45,167 nucleotides of DNA from a virus, in IMG/VR virus record IMGVR_UViG_3300017963_000206. One strand, given 5' to 3'. Positions 1 through 8,422 of the stretch are shown here, piece by piece; positions within the stretch are counted from its first letter, which is position 1; every line of letters starts with the position of its first letter. The translations under genes and the position numbers were made by a program. The notes below the pieces were generated by a model. It searched no databases. It was given only the letters and a program-made list of their open reading frames with translations, and was not told the origin of the DNA.

Positions 1-42
1 GTCCGGTTTTCGCGTATGAATTGTGTTAATGATATCCGCATG

Positions 43-318
43 TTAAAACCTCCCTGTCATAACTTGGGTATATAGTTTCCCGTTTGCCCGATGTTTTTTT
101 AAGGCAAGGTTAATAACTCCCCGCTTGACTTGTTTTTTAAGTTTCCCGTTTTCCCGTTTTTCAAATCGTTTTATTGCCCGTAATACCTCCCGGACAATTT
201 CCCGGTCCGGTGTCCCAACATGCAAACGGTCAATTTTAAAATGTATTGTGTTAATAAAATTGCCCGTCTTATAAGGCAAGGTTTTAACCCGTTTAACTTT
301 TTTTCGTTTGTTTGACAT
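43..318 (-). CDS. hypothetical basic early protein
   Basis: ORF; start moved to the ATG after the SD cassette CAGGGAGGTAAAATG. Confidence 0.7.
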   Translation of the reverse strand: MSNKRKKVKRVKTLPYKTGNFINTIHFKIDRLHVGTPDREIVREVLRAIKRFEKRENGKLKKQVKRGVINLALKKHRANGKLYTQVMTGRF

Positions 319-337
319 TTTACCTCCCTGCAATCGT

Positions 338-622
338 TTATAGATTGCCGATTAATTCGGTTTTGTGTTTTTCAAACGTCTTAAGATATCCACGTTCAAT
401 AAACGGGCAATGTATAAAATTTCCCGGTGTCATTATTTGCCCGTAATAGATTAACCCAAGTTTCCCGGCGATATCAGCGGCAACCGTATCAAATCGTAAT
501 TGCATTTTTTCAATATTGCCGATAATACCCAAGCGGGAAAACTCCCGGTTAATAGCATCCGTTAACCTGTCAAGTGTAACGGGAAAACCGTCCCGGACAA
601 ATAGCGTTATAAATATTGACAT
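338..622 (-). CDS. hypothetical early protein
   Basis: ORF preceded by GGGAGGTAAAATG; tiles between neighbours. Confidence 0.7.
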   Translation of the reverse strand: MSIFITLFVRDGFPVTLDRLTDAINREFSRLGIIGNIEKMQLRFDTVAADIAGKLGLIYYGQIMTPGNFIHCPFIERGYLKTFEKHKTELIGNL

Positions 623-631
623 TTTACCTCC

Positions 632-835
632 CTATAAAAGCGCGATATGGTTAAATTGAACTTTGAACTTTTTTACGGCACGGTGTTTAATTTCGTCCAT
701 GAGTTTTTTTCGGTTTTTGCCAAATCGCTTAACGTCCGTTTTTGTCGGTCTGATTAATCCCCGTTTGGTTTGTTTGCCCGTATGCGGGTTAACTTCCATA
801 ACGTCAAAAAATGCCTTGCCGTTAATTATCTGCAT
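632..835 (-). CDS. hypothetical early protein (MQIINGK...)
   Basis: GGGAGGTT SD before the ATG at 835; in frame with track ORF 632..943. Confidence 0.6.
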   Translation of the reverse strand: MQIINGKAFFDVMEVNPHTGKQTKRGLIRPTKTDVKRFGKNRKKLMDEIKHRAVKKFKVQFNHIALL

Positions 836-1349
836 TGGGTTTAACCTCCCCGTTTTCCCCGGTCCCGTTTTCGGTCCCGGTTGCGTCCGGTCTGATATAC
901 TCGTATCCGTCCGGCGTTTGTAAAATTTCCGTATGCAAAACATCGGCGTATAATTCGGTTAAGTATTCTTTAATATCTTGATTGCGTCCGAATTTTCCCC
1001 GGACGTTTATATCAATATCAAATAATAGACTTGCCTTAACCGTAACGTCAAAATCAATCCAATGTGTATAAAATCCGTTTTCGTCCATTACATGATATGA
1101 ACTATACAAAACGATTTTATCACGTCCGGAATTGTCAAGGTCAATTTTGGTCCCGGTATCTATACCGCAACCGGACGGCAACATATCATTAAAACGGTCA
1201 ATTGAGTTTTCATGTTTTTCTATCCATTCTTCATTATTGGATTCTATGCAGTTTTTTCGGGCATTGACAGTATTTGCGATTGCCTTATAAAATACGACTT
1301 TGCGATTTTTTGGAGTTTTCCGTTTTGTTTGTTTTTCGGTTTCTACCAT
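822..1349 (-). CDS. conserved-looking phage hypothetical protein
   Basis: 175-aa ORF with SD; LPSGCGID...YHVMDENGFY resembles uncharacterised phage early proteins (recalled, not searched). Confidence 0.75.
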   Translation of the reverse strand: MVETEKQTKRKTPKNRKVVFYKAIANTVNARKNCIESNNEEWIEKHENSIDRFNDMLPSGCGIDTGTKIDLDNSGRDKIVLYSSYHVMDENGFYTHWIDFDVTVKASLLFDIDINVRGKFGRNQDIKEYLTELYADVLHTEILQTPDGYEYIRPDATGTENGTGENGEVKPNADN

Positions 1350-1352
1350 TGG

Positions 1353-1460
1353 TTAACCTCCCCGGTTTGATTTGGCATTGTAACGGATAAAAACGGTTAA
1401 GACGATTGCAACCGCAACCGTTATTAACTCGTATAAGTCAAGATTGATTTGGATATCCAT
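1353..1460 (-). CDS. 35-aa single-TM membrane peptide (not in ORF track)
   Basis: CAGGGAGGT SD; translates MDIQINLDLYELITVAVAIVLTVFIRYNAKSNRGG; its end carries the SD of the next gene. Confidence 0.6.
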   Translation of the reverse strand: MDIQINLDLYELITVAVAIVLTVFIRYNAKSNRGG

Positions 1461-1525
1461 TGCGTTTTTACCTCCCTGCCGGGACCGTGCCGGGGATTAT
1501 ATCCCCGGACGGTTTCCCGGACGAT

Positions 1526-1720
1526 TTATTTAACAGGTTTCCAAACGGGTTTAAGCGGTTTGATATGTTTGTGTTTACTTGCCTTAAACATCGTATTACA
1601 TTTAACGCACCGTCTTAAATCGGTTTTCCAATGCCGGGACAAATGCCGATTTAATACGCTATGGCAAGACGGGCAAAAGACCTTGACAGATTTTTTGGTT
1701 TTTGGGTTTTTCGGTTTCAT
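1526..1720 (-). CDS. small Zn-ribbon protein
   Basis: CPSC...CVKC; AAGGAG SD. Confidence 0.65.
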   Translation of the reverse strand: MKPKNPKTKKSVKVFCPSCHSVLNRHLSRHWKTDLRRCVKCNTMFKASKHKHIKPLKPVWKPVK

Positions 1721-1756
1721 TGCGTTTTTCTCCTTAAGTGAGAGTTTTTCGGTTTA

Positions 1757-2389
1757 TTAGTTTTCGAGTTTTCCGATACCGTTTTTCGGAAATTGGTTTT
1801 TTTCGATTTTTTCGATAATTGCCAAACCGCCGCATTCATCGGTGTTTTTATATTCGCAACCGGGGATATTCAAAAACGGATTGCCATTGCAGGCGTTTAA
1901 CCCGTCAATTTGAACTCGAAAACAATCAGCGGTTAATTCTGATTGTTTAACCGTTTGTGTATTCGGTTTCCCTGTTAGCATTGCAAACCATATATTTTTA
2001 TTATTGCGTTTTGCGGTTTGCGGTAATACGTCCGGGCAATCGTCCGGGTTAACAATTTCCCCGGTTTCCCTGTCAAGTTGCATCCCGTCAAAAAACGGGA
2101 CGGGTTTTGCATACGCCGGGGAGGTTATAAACCATTGCCGATTTTTTTGGAAAACGTCAAACGGCAAACCGAATTCGGACGCGGTTTGGTTAAGTCTCAA
2201 TTTTGTAGTATAAGTCAAATATCCGTTATTCCGCAATGTTACGATTTTTTCGTCAAATGAGACAATTACGGTTTGAAAATGTTTGACGTTTGTTTTCCCG
2301 TCTTCAGTATATACCATAGTGTTATTAAGTGTAATGCCGGACGTTTTAACGCGTTTGGTCCGGTCCGGATGTTTGCTATAATTTGACAT
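1757..2389 (-). CDS. phage hypothetical protein with Cys-rich C-terminus
   Basis: 210-aa ORF with CAGGGAGGT SD; TxTTKxRLNQ...VFQKNxxWF resembles uncharacterised phage early proteins. Confidence 0.75.
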   Translation of the reverse strand: MSNYSKHPDRTKRVKTSGITLNNTMVYTEDGKTNVKHFQTVIVSFDEKIVTLRNNGYLTYTTKLRLNQTASEFGLPFDVFQKNRQWFITSPAYAKPVPFFDGMQLDRETGEIVNPDDCPDVLPQTAKRNNKNIWFAMLTGKPNTQTVKQSELTADCFRVQIDGLNACNGNPFLNIPGCEYKNTDECGGLAIIEKIEKNQFPKNGIGKLEN

Positions 2390-2406
2390 AGCGGTTAACC
2401 TCCCTG

Positions 2407-2814
2407 TTAATTGTTTGCGGTTTCGGTTTCGGTTTCGGTTGCATTCAAAACGGTTTCGAGTTTTTCAAAATCGGACGGGGAAAACTCCCGGTTAATGTCA
2501 TAATCCCCGGCGTAAAAATCAAACCATGTTAACAAAACCTCCCGATTGCCATTGCGGAATTCGAGAAAATCCTTAAAACTCTCAATTATATAATCCCTGC
2601 CATAATCGGTTAATGTATTACCGATAAAAACTTGACAATTACCGCAATGTAACGGGCAATCATTTTCCCCGGAAAACACCGGGACGGGCATTGCATCCGG
2701 GTTAATCAAATCGTGATATTCCGGTTTTGTATTCTGTAAAACTTCGGTTTCGATTTCCCCGGCGCAATCCGGGCAATAAACATCGGCGTTAAATATGTAA
2801 TAGTCTGCATTCAT
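2407..2814 (-). CDS. acidic Zn-binding hypothetical protein
   Basis: YCPDC...HCGNC; start at CAGGGAGGTAATACCATG. Confidence 0.75.
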   Translation of the reverse strand: MNADYYIFNADVYCPDCAGEIETEVLQNTKPEYHDLINPDAMPVPVFSGENDCPLHCGNCQVFIGNTLTDYGRDYIIESFKDFLEFRNGNREVLLTWFDFYAGDYDINREFSPSDFEKLETVLNATETETETANN

Positions 2815-2818
2815 GGTA

Positions 2819-3004
2819 TTACCTCCCTGCAAAGTTATAGAATCCGTTTGACGATTTCGGACGGGCAAACCATTTAATAAAACGGTCCCGGCAATCCCGG
2901 CAAACCAAATGCCGGGTTAAATCGAATTTGATATAATTTCGGTTTGTGATAGTTTCGGGTTTAATGTCGGTTTGACACCGTTTGCATTTATTACGGTTTG
3001 ACAT
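2819..3004 (-). CDS. small Zn-finger protein
   Basis: CKRC...CRDC; start at CAGGGAGGTAAAATG. Confidence 0.65.
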   Translation of the reverse strand: MSNRNKCKRCQTDIKPETITNRNYIKFDLTRHLVCRDCRDRFIKWFARPKSSNGFYNFAGR

Positions 3005-3005
3005 T

Positions 3006-3500
3006 TTACCTCCCTGCCGGGGAGGTTTCCCCGGCGTTTTCGGTTTCGGCGTTTTCCGGTTTCGGTTTTTCGAGTTTTCCCCGGACGATATAACCGGACA
3101 CAAAACCGAAAACCAAAAACACAATTGACAAAACGGGCAAGATATATCCGGCGATTATGCAACCGGACATAACCGCAAACGGGACGATATAAGGCAAGGC
3201 AGTTTTAATCTTTTTTTCGATATCTAACATGATATCGGTTTTTCCGTCCCGGACGGTTTGTGATAGTTTTTCGATTTTGCGGTTAACTTCGGATTGCATC
3301 CGGTTAAACTCTGCAACCGTTTTCCCGGTTTCCCGTTTTGCAATCGCGTTTTGTATATAGGCAAGTGATTTAACCGAAACGGGTTTGACGGTCCGGGGAG
3401 GTTTCCCCGTCCCGGTCCGGTCCGGTTTGGTTTCGGTTTTAATAAACCTCCCTGCATTATCCCGGCGTTTTGCCCGTGCTATGTCTGATTTGCTTTTCAT
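3006..3500 (-). CDS. membrane protein (hydrophobic hairpin near C-terminus)
   Basis: about 40-aa hydrophobic stretch ALPYIVPF...GYIV; SD cassette. Confidence 0.75.
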   Translation of the reverse strand: MKSKSDIARAKRRDNAGRFIKTETKPDRTGTGKPPRTVKPVSVKSLAYIQNAIAKRETGKTVAEFNRMQSEVNRKIEKLSQTVRDGKTDIMLDIEKKIKTALPYIVPFAVMSGCIIAGYILPVLSIVFLVFGFVSGYIVRGKLEKPKPENAETENAGETSPAGR

Positions 3501-3518
3501 GGTATTACCTCCCTGTTA

Positions 3519-3737
3519 TTATTTGCGGTTGCGTTTTTTCGGTTTTTTGAATTTTGACAAGTTCCACGATACCTTAACTTTTTTTGGTTTTCGCGTTTTC
3601 GGTTTCACGGTCCTATATACCGCTTGACAAAAACGGCAAATCCGGACATTTGCCTTAACGGTCCGGTTGCGATTTGTCCGGCAAACCGGGCAAGCGGTAT
3701 CGGTTGCCGTATGAACTTTGTTAAGATTTGTTTGCAT
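3519..3737 (-). CDS. small basic Zn-ribbon protein
   Basis: CPVC...CRFC, Lys-rich C-terminus; SD cassette. Confidence 0.65.
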   Translation of the reverse strand: MQTNLNKVHTATDTACPVCRTNRNRTVKANVRICRFCQAVYRTVKPKTRKPKKVKVSWNLSKFKKPKKRNRK

Positions 3738-3765
3738 GGTATTACCTCCCTGTAATGGTTTCGAG

Positions 3766-3990
3766 TTAATCGATTTTGTTAATTGCAAGAAAAACCGAAT
3801 TTTCCGCAATGTCGCATTGTCTGGTAACATCGGACATTATGTGATAAAACTTATTTATAACTTCGGTTTTAAATCCGGTGTCTATTCTATGGATTGCCTC
3901 CCGGATATCTTCGGATTCTGATTGCAGGTTTTCGAGTTTAACCCGCATTGCATTAAGACGGTCAATTATTTGTTTGGTCCCGTTTGACAT
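3766..3990 (-). CDS. small coiled-coil hypothetical protein
   Basis: GGGAGGTAATATG start. Confidence 0.7.
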   Translation of the reverse strand: MSNGTKQIIDRLNAMRVKLENLQSESEDIREAIHRIDTGFKTEVINKFYHIMSDVTRQCDIAENSVFLAINKID

Positions 3991-3991
3991 A

Positions 3992-4144
3992 TTACCTCCC
4001 GTTTATTGTATCCCGAAGTTCATTAAAAACAAAACGGGCAAACCGTTTGACGGTTTCCCCGTTTTCCCATGCTACAATCAAAACGAAAACCGCAACCGTT
4101 AAGACGGTTGCAATTGCGAATAATGGCAAGGTCAATTCCTGCAT
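3992..4144 (-). CDS. 50-aa single-TM membrane protein (not in ORF track)
   Basis: CAGGGAGGTAAAATG; MQELTLPLFAIATVLTVAVFVLIVAWENG...; fills the gap exactly. Confidence 0.65.
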   Translation of the reverse strand: MQELTLPLFAIATVLTVAVFVLIVAWENGETVKRFARFVFNELRDTINGR

Positions 4145-4145
4145 T

Positions 4146-4355
4146 TTACCTCCCTGCCTTTAAGCGGTTGATTTCGGAATTAATCGCGTTTAAGATAATT
4201 TCGGATTCTGAAAAACTCTTGATATCCCCGTCCGTTAATGCGTCCCGTGATATTCGGGCAATGTGTTTTTTATGCGTTTGCAAGGTTTCAATTCGGACGG
4301 TGTTTATTGCGTCCCGTAATGCGTTTGTTTTCATGTATTCGGTTTTCGGTTTCAT
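4146..4355 (-). CDS. hypothetical early protein, first gene of the leftward operon
   Basis: start at CAGGGAGGTAATACCATG. Confidence 0.65.
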   Translation of the reverse strand: MKPKTEYMKTNALRDAINTVRIETLQTHKKHIARISRDALTDGDIKSFSESEIILNAINSEINRLKAGR

Positions 4356-4486
4356 GGTATTACCTCCCTGTAATGGTTTGACGTTTTCCCCGGTCCCGGT
4401 CCCGGCATTTGTTTTGCCTCCCTGCCGTTTGCCCGTCCGGTTTGTTTTCGCGTTTGTTTTGTTTGTTATGTTTTTCATTGCACCAA

Positions 4487-4514
4487 AGTATAACATAATA
4501 TCATATATACGCAA
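4487..4514 (-). promoter_or_regulatory. sigma70-type promoter for leftward block 1
   Basis: TTGCGT-16 nt-TATACT with extended -10 TG. Confidence 0.65.
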
Positions 4515-4559
4515 CCGCTTAACATTATATTACGTTCAAAATAATTTCGATGTTACGTT

Positions 4560-4702
4560 GTAAGTTATTGGTATATAATAACTTACGTCAATTAAAAATT
4601 TTTTTCATAAAATTAAAATAATTGTATAATCCGGACGTTTTAAGCAAAACGTGCAAACGCGTTAACGTAACATATTGGTATATAATAACTTACGTCAATT
4701 AA
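4560..4702. repeat. 30-bp direct repeat (4566-4595, 4673-4702); first copy overlaps a 10-bp-arm palindrome
   Basis: TATTGGTATATAATAACTTACGTCAATTAA twice; GTAAGTTATT-N7-AATAACTTAC at 4560-4586. Confidence 0.85.
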
Positions 4703-4777
4703 GTTTTGCCCGTTTTGCCGGGACCGTCCCGGCGTTTGGTCCGGTCCGAAACTATTTTTAAAAAATGGTTTGTTAAC

Positions 4778-4806
4778 TTGACTATTGCCGGATTTAATGT
4801 TATACT
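4778..4806 (+). promoter_or_regulatory. sigma70-type promoter pointing into the non-coding junction
   Basis: TTGACT-17 nt-TATACT with extended -10 TG. Confidence 0.6.
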
Positions 4807-4881
4807 ATTAAAATCGAATTTTGCAATTGATTAAAATGTTACAGTCAATTATATTTTGAGTTTCGGCAATCGAATAAAAAA

Positions 4882-4924
4882 TGATTAAAGTCTAACACGA
4901 GTTGCCGGGGTTAGACTTTAATCA
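4882..4924. repeat. perfect 15-bp inverted repeat
   Basis: TGATTAAAGTCTAAC-N13-GTTAGACTTTAATCA. Confidence 0.9.
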
Positions 4925-4962
4925 CTATTCAAAATTAAATTGGCATTGCGATTAATTAGGTC

Positions 4963-5097
4963 CGTGAGAGTTAATTGATTCGTGAGACTTAATTGACTCG
5001 TGAGACTTAGTTGATTTTTGAGATAAGTTCGGACCGTGAGATTTTTTAGATTTTTGAGAGAAATCCGGGCGGTGAGATTTTTGAGGTTTCTGAGAGA
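4963..5097. repeat. 18-bp-periodic array, 8 units
   Basis: TGAGA starts at 4965, 4983, 5001, 5019, 5037, 5055, 5073 and 5091. Confidence 0.9.
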
Positions 5098-5151
5098 AGG
5101 ATGATTTTCAAAATTGCAAGGGGTAGGGCCATATACGCATACGCAAACTCA

Positions 5152-5239
5152 CAAATAAACCTTAATTTTCGCAAAGATAAATAAACCTTAATATCCCTCA
5201 AGGCATACGCATAGCGGGAATTCACAAATAAACCTTAAT
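5152..5239. repeat. 3 x AAATAAACCTTAAT (junction 1)
   Basis: copies at 5153, 5179 and 5226. Confidence 0.9.
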
Positions 5240-5260
5240 TCTCTTATAAGTCTCAAGACC

Positions 5261-5700
5261 TCCCCGGTGTCCCCGGTGTCCCCGGACCTATCATATATCC
5301 CTAACAAACATCCTAACATAATCCCCGGTCCCCGGTCCCGGTTTCCCTGTATCCCGTCCGGTTTCCCTGCCCTGTATTCCTGCCCTGTAGCACGTTCATA
5401 CGGGGCCATAGAATGCCCTGTATAACGATTTCCGGACCGTGCTAGACTGTTATTACCTCCCGGCAATACGGGACGTTATACGGCGTTATACGGTCCTGTA
5501 CGGTCCCCGAATACCCTAGAGTATATAGGCGGTTATAAATGCCCTGTACGGTCCCCGTATCGTGCCGTATGCCCTGCCCTGCATCCTATATAATACACGG
5601 TCCCGGCAATGGTAGCACGGTCCTATATACAGGGAGGCAAGACACCGGGAGGCAATCCGGATTTTATACAGGGAGGCGGGGAGGTAAAGATTAATTCCGG
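5261..5700. repeat. low-complexity CCCGG/CCCTG-rich non-coding tract
   Basis: TCCCCGGTG tandem, recurrent GCCCTG and TACGG, four GGGAGG at 5632-5684; no SD-supported ORF. Confidence 0.6.
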
Positions 5701-5848
5701 GCAAGCTATCTTAAAAAATTTTCCCCGGTAAAACATTAAATCCGATTTTTGAAAAACATTAAATTGAAAAAGATAGTTTTAATTTTTGAAAAATGTTTTC
5801 CGTTTTCGGTCCCGTCATATAGGCAAACGGTTTTGATTTTGGTTAAAT

Positions 5849-5879
5849 AAAAAAAGCCGGGATTGCCTCCCGGCTTTTT
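5849..5879. terminator. bidirectional intrinsic terminator
   Basis: A7-GCCGGGA-TTGCC-TCCCGGC-T5. Confidence 0.8.
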
Positions 5880-5895
5880 CGTTTGTGCAAAATGA

Positions 5896-6621
5896 TTAAT
5901 CGGTTTCGGGCAAAAGGTCAAGACCAATTTCGGCACGTCTTTTATTAGCACGGTCCCGGCAACATGGACCGTATCCGGTTTCATCACAAAACCCGTCCCG
6001 GTCCGTATAACTTTCACCGCAATACGCGCAAGACGGTATCTTTTCAAAACAGTCAACACAAATTCCCTGACAATACATATCAAGCGGGTTTGCAAAATTA
6101 ACGCCGTGGTCGTATGTATCGGACCATTGCGGATTGCCGTTTATCCATTGTTGCTTAAATATCGGAATTCCGCATTCTTCACAGTTCATACTGCAATCAT
6201 CACAATACCAACTGTCCCCGATTTTCCTTAAAGTCTCATCGGTATCAGTTCTATCAATCGGCTTTTCACAGGCCGCGCAAAATAAAATGTTTTCCCCGTG
6301 TTCATTATCAAACTCGGATTTCATTTTGTCTAGCACGTCATTATTAAAATGCTCTGAAACGATTTCGGTAATGCCGGGAATTGTTAGCAAACTCCCGGCG
6401 GTTTCGGTTTCAAGTATAGAGTCAAGAGCGGTCTCGAATTTAACGGTATCGTTATAATGTTTCTCCAATTGGTTTGCCCGTGCATTATCGTTATACGGTC
6501 CGGGTTCAAACTCCGGACAATTCGGGCAGGATTTTCCAACGTCCGGGCATACCGCGCAATCAAGACTTGCATCGTCCGGGGACGTGCCGTTATCAACTTT
6601 GTTTTCGGTTTCGTTTGTCAA
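5896..6621 (-). CDS. acidic multi-CxxC Zn-binding protein
   Basis: TTG start after GGGAGGT; several CxxC pairs. Confidence 0.75.
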   Translation of the reverse strand: MTNETENKVDNGTSPDDASLDCAVCPDVGKSCPNCPEFEPGPYNDNARANQLEKHYNDTVKFETALDSILETETAGSLLTIPGITEIVSEHFNNDVLDKMKSEFDNEHGENILFCAACEKPIDRTDTDETLRKIGDSWYCDDCSMNCEECGIPIFKQQWINGNPQWSDTYDHGVNFANPLDMYCQGICVDCFEKIPSCAYCGESYTDRDGFCDETGYGPCCRDRANKRRAEIGLDLLPETD

Positions 6622-6641
6622 GGTTATACCTCCCGTCCGGG

Positions 6642-7370
6642 TTAAGCTAATACTTCCGGACCGTAACGGTTTTCAAGTTCCATGCGGATTTCGTCCCCGT
6701 GTTCATCGGCAAACTCCAATTGTGCCGGGGACCAATCGGCATAATATTCCGAGTCAACATCTCCGGGTTTGACCGTATGAAAAAATATAAGGTCTGCAAT
6801 TGCAGGACCGTCAAACGGATTTCGTATTGCACCGTGCCGGAAATCTTTACCGCTGAATAGTGTTATCATTTTTGCTTTTGACCATGTGTTTTTCGGCGGT
6901 ATGATTTTCCGGACAATATATTCCATAGTTCTATCGGTTGCAGTTTCAGGAATTGCGTAAAGTTCAAAACTATAAATAATAGGATTTTCCCCGGACGCAT
7001 CGGAAAACTCAAAAGTCTCAAAGTTGAAAAGTCTCCGGTTATTATCATGGTACTCAATTGCAAGTGTAACCTCACGTTGTTTATTAAACTCAGTATGAAT
7101 TTGCCGGATGTTAAACATCGTATCATGCAGACAAAATATTCCCCGGTTATGAGTTTTATCACGTTTCGGATTTGGCAAACGGGACCGGATATAGTATTCA
7201 TAATCCGATACCATGTGACCATCCTTATACATTAATTTTTTAATGAATTCAAAACCGAAACGATTAAGCAAAACTTTTGCCTTATGAAAAAACTCGGTTT
7301 CTTTACCGATTGCTTTTTCACCGTCTTCACGATAAAAGGTTACATGGTTAGGTCCGATTTTAAATTTCAT
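6642..7370 (-). CDS. hypothetical early protein
   Basis: 242-aa ORF, GGGAGGG SD. Confidence 0.75.
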   Translation of the reverse strand: MKFKIGPNHVTFYREDGEKAIGKETEFFHKAKVLLNRFGFEFIKKLMYKDGHMVSDYEYYIRSRLPNPKRDKTHNRGIFCLHDTMFNIRQIHTEFNKQREVTLAIEYHDNNRRLFNFETFEFSDASGENPIIYSFELYAIPETATDRTMEYIVRKIIPPKNTWSKAKMITLFSGKDFRHGAIRNPFDGPAIADLIFFHTVKPGDVDSEYYADWSPAQLEFADEHGDEIRMELENRYGPEVLA

Positions 7371-7371
7371 G

Positions 7372-7659
7372 CTAGTTTCCCTCCCGTAATTTCCGGCGTT
7401 TAAAGGTTGCGGGTTTTATTACCTTGATACGTTTTTCAGACAATTCCCCGGACGCTATAACTTGCCCTGTATTACTGCCGTGTTTACATAACATAATCTT
7501 AAACAAATTTTTGTCGGTTTCGTTATCATACCAACATTTGATTTTAATCCTGCCCTCCCAACTTTCCGCATATATCTCAATGCCTTTTGTTTTGTGTCCT
7601 AACCGAGTCAAGTCTTTTGACATCATACCATTTTGCATCCCGGCTCTGAATTGTGCCAT
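7372..7659 (-). CDS. hypothetical early protein (MAQFR...)
   Basis: GGAGGTG SD before the ATG at 7659. Confidence 0.7.
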   Translation of the reverse strand: MAQFRAGMQNGMMSKDLTRLGHKTKGIEIYAESWEGRIKIKCWYDNETDKNLFKIMLCKHGSNTGQVIASGELSEKRIKVIKPATFKRRKLREGN

Positions 7660-7874
7660 TAGGGTAGCACCTCCGGGCAATGGGTTATACGGCTGTCAAC
7701 TAATTCGGTCTCTATAACTTCCATGCGGCTATCTTTATACTTAAGTTTATAATCGCAACCCTCCGTAATTTCATCAAGTACCTGACCAACCGGAATACCC
7801 TCATCAAACTCAACTTCCACTTTAATCTCAATTCTCGCAGTAAAGCGTTTTTTCTCTTTTGGTTTTTTCGGCAT
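7659..7874 (-). CDS. hypothetical early protein (MPKKPK...)
   Basis: GGGAGGG SD; stop overlaps the next start (TAATG). Confidence 0.65.
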   Translation of the reverse strand: MPKKPKEKKRFTARIEIKVEVEFDEGIPVGQVLDEITEGCDYKLKYKDSRMEVIETELVDSRITHCPEVLP

Positions 7875-7875
7875 A

Positions 7876-8400
7876 TTATTTTCCCTCCCGTCTTGAAAGT
7901 TTATCGGCGTAATGAAAACGGCAAATAAAATCTTTTGCGGTATCAAGTACAGAAAAACTTTTAACTCCCGGATTAATTTGAAAAGTTTGCACATGGTTAT
8001 AATCGTAATCGGTTATAACGTAACCATGTATCAATTGAATATACTGCCAATGTCCGGACGGTTTGTAACTGTGAAATAGTTTATACAAAATTAAAAATCG
8101 GTCACGTCCGTTTTTAAGGATAAAGTTCCGTACATGATTTGGGAGGTTTTTGAAATACCCCAAATCGAAATTTTGCAAATGTCCCGGTTCTCGTTTGTGT
8201 CCGTTGCATTCGGTTTCGGTATAAGGCCGAATAAAAAAAGACGTGACTGTATCCCCGATTTGGTTTCCCCGGCATATTGCCGATGTTTGCCTATTGAAAG
8301 TTTTATGAGCGGTATCAATTATTTGCTGCATACCGTTTGCGGTCCATTGCTTTTCACGATATTCAGGTCTTGAGACTTTTTCGGTTTTTGTCGCTGTCAT
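7876..8400 (-). CDS. hypothetical early protein
   Basis: GGGAGGTG SD; long ORF. Confidence 0.7.
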   Translation of the reverse strand: MTATKTEKVSRPEYREKQWTANGMQQIIDTAHKTFNRQTSAICRGNQIGDTVTSFFIRPYTETECNGHKREPGHLQNFDLGYFKNLPNHVRNFILKNGRDRFLILYKLFHSYKPSGHWQYIQLIHGYVITDYDYNHVQTFQINPGVKSFSVLDTAKDFICRFHYADKLSRREGK

Positions 8401-8422
8401 TAATTTCACCTCCCGTTTGGTT

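Noticed and set aside
2418-2441. GGTTTC hexamer tandem
   Set aside because: Encodes the ETETET tail of gene 2407..2814; no evidence for a separate function.
4487-4516. dif-like sequence (TTATGTTA XerD-arm resemblance) on the minus strand
   Set aside because: The XerC arm and spacing match poorly, and the sequence is already explained as a -35/extended -10 promoter.
5188-6095. Track ORFs 5188..5466, 5516..5704 and 5736..6095
   Set aside because: They lack the strong SD seen on real neighbours, lie in repeat DNA, or run across a terminator and overlap a better gene.
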